64,000 bases of DNA from Thermodesulfovibrionales bacterium (GTDB taxonomy: Bacteria > Nitrospirota > Thermodesulfovibrionia > Thermodesulfovibrionales > UBA6898): assembly GCA_044450345.1 (NCBI GenBank), contig JBIOIY010000006.1, positions 1 to 64,000 on the forward strand, given 5' to 3'. Shown in pieces: positions 22,920 to 30,793 of this stretch. The notes beneath the pieces were generated by a model, which saw nothing but the letters and a program-made list of their open reading frames with translations, had not been told where the DNA came from and ran no database searches. The position numbers and the translations under genes are program-made. Each line of letters starts with the position of its first letter. Within the stretch, counting starts at the first letter, position 1.

Positions 22920-23734
22920 TCCATCTCACCGGTAATGGGGCATTGAGCGACAATAACGATATTCCAGCACAGATATCTGACCGGCGGTATGTATTTGCAT
23001 AGGAAACCGTCCATTTTAATCAAGGGTTCCATCCAACGGCGGGTGGTCTCGGGTTCCCTCAGAATTCTCTTCCAATAGCGATCATTATTGGGATGAATTC
23101 CATCGATAAAAAAATATTTCAAAAAAATGACTAACGATAAAAACCACATAGTGCTGCATTGTATGTCGCCGAAATATTTTTCCATTTGTTTAAGAATATC
23201 AAATCCGACAGGACGCTCATCTTTTGTGCGGACATTATCGGCCATACTCCGGTATATATTAATCACAGGATTATATCGCAGAGGCTCGGTAAAAAAGGCC
23301 TTACCGCCGGGCTTCAAAACCATTGCGACTTTCCTTATTAAATCCCGGGGTCGTTCAAGGTGATGAAGGACATTTGCTATGTAAACCACATCATATTTTT
23401 CACTTCCGGTCTCCAGGTCTTCTGCCGAACTTGTTATGCCCCTGATATCCAACCCTTCACCCTTGGCTGCAGTAACAGAGTGTTTCACCATTTCCTCCGA
23501 AAGATCGACTGCAGTTACACATGCCCCCCTGCGAGCAAAAAAAAGACTTGCCTCTCCCAACCCGCATCCTATATCCAAAATTTTGAGTCCGGCAAGGGGC
23601 GGAAGATGTTGAATGATCCATCTGTTTTCAAGGGCTAGAAAGTGATCAAAGTCACTGGACACATCAGATATTTTCTCCTGTGCCCATTTGTTGTGGTGTA
23701 TACGTTCGCGTTCAATTCGTCCCATAAGTTTCAA
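22916..23734 (-). CDS. Class I SAM-dependent methyltransferase
   Basis: LDIGCGLG, VDLS, NVLHHL, LKPGG. Confidence 0.9.
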   Translation of the reverse strand: MKLMGRIERERIHHNKWAQEKISDVSSDFDHFLALENRWIIQHLPPLAGLKILDIGCGLGEASLFFARRGACVTAVDLSEEMVKHSVTAAKGEGLDIRGITSSAEDLETGSEKYDVVYIANVLHHLERPRDLIRKVAMVLKPGGKAFFTEPLRYNPVINIYRSMADNVRTKDERPVGFDILKQMEKYFGDIQCSTMWFLSLVIFLKYFFIDGIHPNNDRYWKRILREPETTRRWMEPLIKMDGFLCKYIPPVRYLCWNIVIVAQCPITGEME

Positions 23735-24747
23735 AGGAGGCGGGCATCCTCAGTAGTCTCCCGAAGTACAAAATGAGGACGCTGTTTGGTATCGTCATAG
23801 ATCCGGGCGACGTATTCACCGATCACTCCGAGCATGATCATGATCAAAGATCCAAAGGTAACAATAGCCAGCAAAAGCGAAGCCCAGCCGGGAACCATAC
23901 TGACGTTGTACCATTCCCATGCGATAAAGCTCCCCAATAAGAAAAGTAAAAAAGGGAAACTTCCGAGTAGGGCAAACATATAAGCCAACTTTAAGGGCCG
24001 GCTCGACATGGATACGATTCCATCCAAAGAAAACTTTATCATCTTTGACAGAGAAAATTTCGTTTCACCAGCCACCCTCTGTTGACGTTCGTACTCGATG
24101 ATCTTTGTGGGAAGTCCAATCCAGCCTACCAAGCCGCGGAGGTACCGAGAACGTTCCGGCATGTCTTTTAGAATCTTGTTTGCGCGACTGCTGAGGAGAC
24201 GAAAATCTCCCACATCCATCGGCAACTTTACCGGAGAAAGAAAACTTAACAGGCGATAAAAAGCGTGTGCGGTGATGCGTTTAAAAGAACTCTCACCTTG
24301 GCGGACTTTTCGTTTCGCCAATACGATATCCGCTCCGCCCCTCCATTCAAGGAGCATCCGCTCCATTATTTCGGGGGGATCCTGCAGATCTGCATCCATA
24401 GTTAAGATTGCATCGCCCTTCGCATACTCATGCCCGCACGTCAGCGCGATTTGATGACCAAAATTACGTGCAAATGAAAATCCCCGGATATAAGTATGTC
24501 TGCCGGCCGCAGCCTTTATCATGTTCCATGTCTCGTCGGTACTGCCATCATCTATGAGCAATACCTCCACATCATACGAACTCGCCATTTTTAAATGCAT
24601 ACTGCCAATCCGGGTCAGAAGTTCCGGAAAAACCTTTTCTTCGTTCAGAAGAGGAATGATGATAGACACTAATGGCTTAACGGAATCAGTGTTCAGCCGC
24701 GTTTTCTGCATAGTTTTAGATAAGTCTTCCATCATTGGACGTAGCAT
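23731..24747 (-). CDS. GT2 polyprenol-phosphate glycosyltransferase (ArnC/GtrB-like)
   Basis: IIPLLNEE, DDGSTD, RNFGHQ, MDADLQDPPE, two C-terminal TM helices; start uncertain. Confidence 0.92.
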   Translation of the reverse strand: MLRPMMEDLSKTMQKTRLNTDSVKPLVSIIIPLLNEEKVFPELLTRIGSMHLKMASSYDVEVLLIDDGSTDETWNMIKAAAGRHTYIRGFSFARNFGHQIALTCGHEYAKGDAILTMDADLQDPPEIMERMLLEWRGGADIVLAKRKVRQGESSFKRITAHAFYRLLSFLSPVKLPMDVGDFRLLSSRANKILKDMPERSRYLRGLVGWIGLPTKIIEYERQQRVAGETKFSLSKMIKFSLDGIVSMSSRPLKLAYMFALLGSFPFLLFLLGSFIAWEWYNVSMVPGWASLLLAIVTFGSLIMIMLGVIGEYVARIYDDTKQRPHFVLRETTEDARLL

Positions 24748-24792
24748 TTTCAGAAATCTTCTTTTCGATCACATCCGCCATCAAATACTACT

Positions 24793-25488
24793 TTATTTTT
24801 TCAAAATCAGTCCCATCGTAGTGTCCATATATTTTACTCTAAATCCCAGTCCCGCGTAAAAATTCATCGCTCTCGTGTTCGTCGCCTGCGTTCGGACGGT
24901 AACATTAGTCAGGCCCTCGTTACTAAACCAGTCGAATGCCTTACTCGTAAGATTATGCCCGATGCCCTTCCCCTGCTTCTGTGAAACCACTCCTATAAGG
25001 GATATATCTCCATCATTATCAGAAAGTTTTTTGCAAGTTATAAAGCCGCTGCCGTCCACGAGAAAGGTCTTTTGAAGCTTGTCCCTCAGAGCATTATCGA
25101 CCCATCTGTGGTAAGCCTTTTCCGCATCTTCACCCGTAAAAAACGGGTCGTGGTAAAAGCGGCTGTCAAGAAAAAGCCCGCTTGCCATGGATTTAAGGGC
25201 TGCTGCGTCCCTCTTATCCGCAACTCTTACAGGATCCCCTTCCCTCAGCGCTATCCCGTCGGTTTTCCGTTCCCATACAATGCCTATGTCGGTCGTATAA
25301 AAACGAAAGGCCTCCAGCCGTTGTATGTCTGCAATCCTCCCTTCAATGATCCTGCATGTGAGATATGAGTACCCTTCTTCATATGCCTGATTTATCAGTC
25401 TTTTCAACCGCATTTCAGATGGGACTTTGGTCAGTTTACCGATCTTCTTTTTGAAAAGCTTACTGTCCCATACAAGCTCAACTATCAA
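24793..25488 (-). CDS. GNAT acetyltransferase, WecD/RffC-like (NDP-4-amino sugar N-acetyltransferase)
   Basis: LVWDSKLF, SRFYHDP, QGKGIG, VRTQATNTRAMNFY. Confidence 0.85.
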   Translation of the reverse strand: MIVELVWDSKLFKKKIGKLTKVPSEMRLKRLINQAYEEGYSYLTCRIIEGRIADIQRLEAFRFYTTDIGIVWERKTDGIALREGDPVRVADKRDAAALKSMASGLFLDSRFYHDPFFTGEDAEKAYHRWVDNALRDKLQKTFLVDGSGFITCKKLSDNDGDISLIGVVSQKQGKGIGHNLTSKAFDWFSNEGLTNVTVRTQATNTRAMNFYAGLGFRVKYMDTTMGLILKK

Positions 25489-26411
25489 AGCAACTGATCC
25501 TTCAAAATATAGATAGGTCTTGCCTGGACCTCCTGATAGACCCTTCCCAGATATTCTCCCATGATGCCGAGTATCAATAGCTGAACGCCGCCGACAAAGA
25601 GAACAGCTACAATAATAGAAGCATACCCGAGCACTGGTATGCCGAGAAATATCTTTTTATACAAAAAATAGAAAGCATAACAAAGGCCGATCCCTGCACT
25701 GAGAAGACCCAGATACGTTGCAAGCCTGAGCGGCACCACTGAAAAAGAGGTGACGGCATTGAACGCAAGCCTGAAGAGCTTCACCGTATTATATTTACTG
25801 ACACCGCGTTCACGCGGGGCATGCTCGACTTCAAGAAGTGCGGTACGGAACCCTGTCCATGAAATCATTCCGTGAATAAACCTTGCACGCTCCCTCATAT
25901 TCCTTAGCACGTCCAGTATCTTCTTGTCGAACATCCTCAGGAGGGTCTGATCCCTGGGAATATGGATACCTGACAATTTGTTCAGGAACCACCAGAATAA
26001 AAAGGAATTAAGACGCTTCGGCAAAGAATCTTTTTTCACTTTCCTGATACCATAAACAAGGTCATAGCCTTCTCGTAACTTTTCCCATAATTTTGGTATC
26101 TCTTCAGGCTGGTCCTGGAGATCACCGTCCATAAGGATTATTGTCTGCCCGTTTGTATGGTCGAGCCCGGCAGTGATTGCGATATGATGTCCGAAGTTCC
26201 TCGAAAAGCTGACGCCTTTGACCCGCCTGTCCTTTCCATGGAGGTCTTTTATAATCGGCCAACTATTATCCCTGCTGCCGTCGTCTACAAGAATGATTTC
26301 ATAAGTCCCGAGTTTCTCCATGACAGAGGAAAGTCTTGCGTAAAGGTGCGCAAGATTTTCCTCTTCATTGCAGACAGGTATTATTACGGAAAAATCAGGG
26401 ACGGCTGTCAT
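25485..26411 (-). CDS. GT2 polyprenol-phosphate glycosyltransferase (ArnC/GtrB-like)
   Basis: DDGSRD, RNFGHH, MDGDLQDQPEE, GEYLGRVY, two TM helices. Confidence 0.92.
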   Translation of the reverse strand: MTAVPDFSVIIPVCNEEENLAHLYARLSSVMEKLGTYEIILVDDGSRDNSWPIIKDLHGKDRRVKGVSFSRNFGHHIAITAGLDHTNGQTIILMDGDLQDQPEEIPKLWEKLREGYDLVYGIRKVKKDSLPKRLNSFLFWWFLNKLSGIHIPRDQTLLRMFDKKILDVLRNMRERARFIHGMISWTGFRTALLEVEHAPRERGVSKYNTVKLFRLAFNAVTSFSVVPLRLATYLGLLSAGIGLCYAFYFLYKKIFLGIPVLGYASIIVAVLFVGGVQLLILGIMGEYLGRVYQEVQARPIYILKDQLL

Positions 26412-27004
26412 CAGAAGTTTCTATTATTGTTGCAGTCTATGGCAAAGGTCTCACCCTTGTTCCTCCCGGCCGTATTCCCCTGGGCAAAGGCGACATAGCA
26501 GGGAGGGTCAGTAGCAGCATTAACTGTCACATTGGGTGGCGTAGTAATAGGAAGAGTTAGCTTCTCACCATTGACTATCCAGTAACTGAAGGTCGTCCCG
26601 GTTCCCGGCCTAAAGCCGGTAAGCGCATTATTTATATCAATGTTATTTGCCGCGACTGCATTTACACTACAGCTTCCTCTCTGTATGAGGCCGCGACCGT
26701 TGGCATCTGCTGTATCATACGCATTTGTCAAATGATCTTTCCCCGCTGTCCCGAGAATCACAGTCACCCCTGCGGCAGGGGAGCTGTATGGGGGAACGGT
26801 AGCTGGATCACATGGCGAATATCTTCCCCTGTCCGCGAAAAACTGCTGTTCAAGCAGCGCCAGATTTTGTAGATTCGTGTACGCTTCAGTCCTCGCGGCA
26901 TTTTTTTGCTGTCCGATATAAGCGGGTATTCCAATTGCGGTCAGGATGCCGATGATCGCTATAGTGATGAGAAGTTCGATTAATGTAAAACCGTTTTTAT
27001 TCAT
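26411..27004 (-). CDS. Type IV minor pilin (PilE-like)
   Basis: Class III signal MNKNG/FTLIE; LEQQFFADRGRY resembles PilE. Confidence 0.88.
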   Translation of the reverse strand: MNKNGFTLIELLITIAIIGILTAIGIPAYIGQQKNAARTEAYTNLQNLALLEQQFFADRGRYSPCDPATVPPYSSPAAGVTVILGTAGKDHLTNAYDTADANGRGLIQRGSCSVNAVAANNIDINNALTGFRPGTGTTFSYWIVNGEKLTLPITTPPNVTVNAATDPPCYVAFAQGNTAGRNKGETFAIDCNNNRNF

Positions 27005-28803
27005 TTCTTCACCTCAGTTTTTTCTTTCATGAGTTTGTCTAATTTCGCCTGGATTCGAGAATTAGCCGGCAACCGTTTGAGGCTGTACTCATATGCCTTG
27101 ATAGCATCTTCCCGCTTTCCCATCTTTTCAAAGATATCTCCCAGACTCTCCAGGTAATACGGATTTTGCCTGTTAAGCTGAGCGGGCAAAGTAGTCCTCA
27201 GGATCATCATGTTGTATACCTGATCCTCGGTCAGTCTGAATTTTTCTATTATCTGACTATTTTCAGGTGAGTTCTTCACGAAAACTACGGCCATCACCTG
27301 GGCAGAGACCGGGACCCAGCTATCGTCATCGAGAAGCATAAAGAAAAGAGGCAATATATTGCCATATACATCCACCGGGCTGAATACGATGAGGTTTATA
27401 TTATAATTTTTGAGCAGCCTCTTCCACAATGGGGTCTTGCCGGCAGGAAGAGATTCGCTCTTGATTGATTCGACAGCCTTCATCATCCAAGTATATTCCT
27501 TCATCACCGTAAGGTTCAAGGCCCTGGTATCAACAAAGGTCTTGACCTCCGGATAGAGCCGCCAGTCAAGGTATCCTCCCGATGCCATATCGTTAAGCAT
27601 ATTGCCTTTGATATGGTTTTTCTGTATGAAATCTGCCGCTGCCTTCGGAACAGTCCATGTAGATTCTTTCGTCTTAAACACATCAAGATTTGTCTTCGCA
27701 CTCAGGAAAAGGAGCGAGGATGCCAGCATGACTATGGAAAATACGGCATTAAGGTGGGACTGTTTGATTAAGATTCTGTCCTCGTGTTCTTTCAGCCAGA
27801 GGCTCAGCTCGTTTCCCAGGACCAGTGACGCAATGAGGCCGTAATAAACCGTATACCTGCCGGCCGATACGCTGCCCGCAGCAAGGCAGAGAAGAAGTAT
27901 AAGATGCGTACGGTCAAACTTCTTGTTCCGCAGGATGAGGACAACAGGGAACAAAAATAATGCAGTGAGATACCCGTAGTCAGGGGGAGCGACTTGCATC
28001 TTGAACGCATAAAACGGAGACGCGTACTCCTGTATACCGCTATAAAAAGGAGCAAATTCATCAGAAAAGGCGATCTGGAACCCGAAAAAACCGTTCGGAT
28101 TTATCCCGGATGCACCTAACGCAATGAATATAACTGATAAGAAGATTACTTTTTCCCTCGTCGAAAAACCGCTCCTCTTAAACAGCATTTTTATTGCCTC
28201 TGCCACTGCAAAAACGAGAATTATTGCGGCCCCCATGATAAAGCCGCCGTGCAGGTTCGCCCATATCAACAGAAGAACAGGGAGAAAATAAAAGACCTTG
28301 CTTCTCTTTCGAATATAATCGTCGACCATAACGAAACATACAACGCTAAGGCTGATAGTATAGAGGACAGGCCGGTCCCCAAAAAACCTCAACAGGTTGC
28401 AGGAGGCAAGGAAAAGTGCAAGAAAATTGATATAGGGGTATACGCCTCTGCTTCTTAACGCCCTGAACATTACATACAGCGATCCGAGCAGCAATATCGT
28501 CCTCAAGGCCCCGATACCCATAGGCCCGAATTTATTATAAAGCAGATAGGAGATGATCTGCGCCAGCCAATACTGCGACAGGATAAAGCGCTCCCTGTCG
28601 GGGTAAAGGTTGCTGTTTTCGGGCAGGGTGGATGTAAAAGAAAAGGGGTCCGAATCAGGGATGTGTCCGTTCTCAACAATATATCTCCCGGTCGCTATAT
28701 GCCACCAGAAGTCATAATCCCATACGGTCTGCGACAGAAATATAAGTCCGACGGAAAAAAACAGGCAGATTAACGCAAGGTAAAAAAAACCACCAGGGAA
28801 CAT
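27001..28803 (-). CDS. Polytopic membrane protein with C-terminal TPR, putative GT-C protein glycosyltransferase
   Basis: DYDFWWHIATG...IPDSDPFSFT, WANLHGGF, many TM segments, terminal TPR (LGDIFEKMGKREDAIKAYEYSLKRLP); start placed at MFPGG. Confidence 0.65.
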   Translation of the reverse strand: MFPGGFFYLALICLFFSVGLIFLSQTVWDYDFWWHIATGRYIVENGHIPDSDPFSFTSTLPENSNLYPDRERFILSQYWLAQIISYLLYNKFGPMGIGALRTILLLGSLYVMFRALRSRGVYPYINFLALFLASCNLLRFFGDRPVLYTISLSVVCFVMVDDYIRKRSKVFYFLPVLLLIWANLHGGFIMGAAIILVFAVAEAIKMLFKRSGFSTREKVIFLSVIFIALGASGINPNGFFGFQIAFSDEFAPFYSGIQEYASPFYAFKMQVAPPDYGYLTALFLFPVVLILRNKKFDRTHLILLLCLAAGSVSAGRYTVYYGLIASLVLGNELSLWLKEHEDRILIKQSHLNAVFSIVMLASSLLFLSAKTNLDVFKTKESTWTVPKAAADFIQKNHIKGNMLNDMASGGYLDWRLYPEVKTFVDTRALNLTVMKEYTWMMKAVESIKSESLPAGKTPLWKRLLKNYNINLIVFSPVDVYGNILPLFFMLLDDDSWVPVSAQVMAVVFVKNSPENSQIIEKFRLTEDQVYNMMILRTTLPAQLNRQNPYYLESLGDIFEKMGKREDAIKAYEYSLKRLPANSRIQAKLDKLMKEKTEVKK

Positions 28804-28837
28804 GTCCCTGGTGGAGAGATCGGCTAATCGTTTCAAA

Positions 28838-29416
28838 TTAATCCGAGTAGATCGACTTCTTATGAAGGACACCGCCAGCCTTGTCCGCAGCGTATAGGTC
28901 TATCCTGGTGCTGTCATGTGCACAATTTATGCGGGACATATAGTTGGCGACTGTATCGGCGATCATAGTGGCGTCGACGTTTGCCCCAACAACCGCGAAG
29001 CCAGCATTACGCCAGAGGCTTATTGTCGGGTCCCAGGGGGACAACTCCCTGCTCAGATTCCATTTGGCAGAGATATATGCGGAGCAGAGGTTTCCAGCAA
29101 TTAACATGGCCCCTAACGAACCATTATTAACGTCGGTGCCGTCGGAGAGAATCTTGCCATCGCCGTTGGAATCAACCTCGACTACATTTTCCTGCGTTTT
29201 GGCCAAGCCCTTTTTTGCCGAGTTAAGCCATGCCTGGAGCTCAGGCTCCGACGCGCCGGTAGCCCTTATGACCGCACCCTTCCTCGACCTTTCCTGCATG
29301 CCGATATACCCCGGTATTGCAATAGCTGCAAGAATACCGATAATCGCTACGACTATCAAAAGTTCAATAAGGGTAAAACCTTTTTGCTCCTTCAAATTAT
29401 TCACTGCCTTATACAT
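28838..29416 (-). CDS. pilA: Type IV major pilin PilA-like
   Basis: QKG/FTLIELLIVVAIIGILAAIAIP; AAGGAGG SD; upstream sigma-54 promoter. Confidence 0.85.
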   Translation of the reverse strand: MYKAVNNLKEQKGFTLIELLIVVAIIGILAAIAIPGYIGMQERSRKGAVIRATGASEPELQAWLNSAKKGLAKTQENVVEVDSNGDGKILSDGTDVNNGSLGAMLIAGNLCSAYISAKWNLSRELSPWDPTISLWRNAGFAVVGANVDATMIADTVANYMSRINCAHDSTRIDLYAADKAGGVLHKKSIYSD

Positions 29417-29526
29417 AATCAAACCTCCTTTGGAATATTACGACCAATGGTCGCAGAATTCACCATAAAAATAAAGCCTTAATCATCACCTCCTTAAATA
29501 ATTTAAAGAATCATTGCGAATATTTA

Positions 29527-29543
29527 AGCAGTTAGCATGCCAA
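29527..29543 (-). promoter_or_regulatory. Sigma-54 (-24/-12) promoter of the pilin gene
   Basis: Minus strand TTGGCATGCTAACTGCT, exact GG-N10-GC spacing. Confidence 0.8.
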
Positions 29544-29625
29544 TCTGCATTTTTTTGTTGAAATCTTAACAGGTTAGTATAAACACATATAAATTATTCA
29601 AAAGGATATCAAAAGTCAAGAGGAA

Positions 29626-29640
29626 TGACATTTTTTGTCA
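29626..29640. promoter_or_regulatory. Candidate enhancer (UAS) for a sigma-54 activator
   Basis: Palindrome TGACA-N5-TGTCA about 85-100 bp upstream of the -24 box. Confidence 0.5.
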
Positions 29641-29884
29641 CTTAAAGACCAAGAAAAACAATTCATGGCAGTCAAAGGCAATCTGGGATCAATACAGACC
29701 GGCCATCCAGTTTGCCATATAATACCTTCACCATCATCAAGCGACAATAACGATGTTCCCAGGACCGAATTTCGCCAAATAATCATCATGGATACTTTTC
29801 TCGATCGATTCAATAATGCTATAGTCAATCATGGGAAATCAATTTTATGAAATTATGTGCCAAGGCATATAATTTCTATGGCAG

Positions 29885-30646
29885 TTGATGAATACAAACT
29901 TTTGTCAAGATCAATTCGAAAATGCATATCCAGACGGCATAGAGCACCACTGGTGGCAGTTGGCGCGAAACAGCGTTATCGCACATGCGGTAAAGACGCT
30001 TGCTGTGCCTGATTCCGTTGTTCTGGATATAGGATGCGGGCGAGGGATTACAGTCAAATACCTGAGAGATAAAGGCATAAACTGTTCGGGCGTAGAGATA
30101 GCAAGAACCTCCCCTGTTCCCGGTGCCGGGGAGTTTATTCGGGTCGGGGCCGATGTCATGGACCTCTCTCCCGCCGACCGACAGCGGTATGACACGCTTC
30201 TCTTGCTTGATGTCATTGAACATGTCCCTGATCCTATCTCTTTTCTCCAGAACCTGGCCGATGCATTTCCAAATATAGCCCATGTGATCTTTACTGTTCC
30301 TGCCCGCCAGGAGTTGTGGTCGAATTATGATGAATTTTACTGCCATTTCAGGAGATACTCGCTGAAGATGGTCGAAGATCTCGCCGGCCGGCTCGGCTGG
30401 AAGATCAGATGGCGAGGATACTTCTTCCGGTTGGTGTACCCCGCTGCGTATGTGCTCGCCAAGCTTGGGATAAAAAGGGAGACGAAGCTTACAGGACCAG
30501 GCGGTATAAGGAAGCTGGGACATAAGCTGATTTCATATATTATGATCCTTGACCGTCACATACTTCCGAGCCAATTGAGAGGCACAAGTATTCTCGCATG
30601 CTTCTGCCCTCATAAGAACGTAACCGAGACATCACCTTCCATCTGA
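29885..30646 (+). CDS. Class I SAM-dependent methyltransferase
   Basis: EHHWW, LDIGCGRG, LDVIEHV, TVPA...HFRRY; type often found in glycan clusters. Confidence 0.88.
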   Translation: MMNTNFCQDQFENAYPDGIEHHWWQLARNSVIAHAVKTLAVPDSVVLDIGCGRGITVKYLRDKGINCSGVEIARTSPVPGAGEFIRVGADVMDLSPADRQRYDTLLLLDVIEHVPDPISFLQNLADAFPNIAHVIFTVPARQELWSNYDEFYCHFRRYSLKMVEDLAGRLGWKIRWRGYFFRLVYPAAYVLAKLGIKRETKLTGPGGIRKLGHKLISYIMILDRHILPSQLRGTSILACFCPHKNVTETSPSI

Positions 30647-30793
30647 TCGGAAACGGAGGTTATAAAAGCCGGACGTCAATTTACGGCACGGCCGATTCAC
30701 TTATATTTGTGCCGTAGACCACCCCATACCTGAGTCATATGAATGTAAAAAATCTGTGGTATAATCTAAGAAATTTTAATCGCCAAAAATCTA

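Noticed and set aside
28838..29416. Conductive e-pilin hypothesis for PilA
   Set aside because: Long mature pilin (about 179 aa) with long aromatic-free stretches and Met, not Tyr, at mature position 27
29616..29850. Overlapping 70-71 aa ORFs upstream of pilA
   Set aside because: AT-rich divergent promoter region containing the enhancer candidate; no clear SD or motifs
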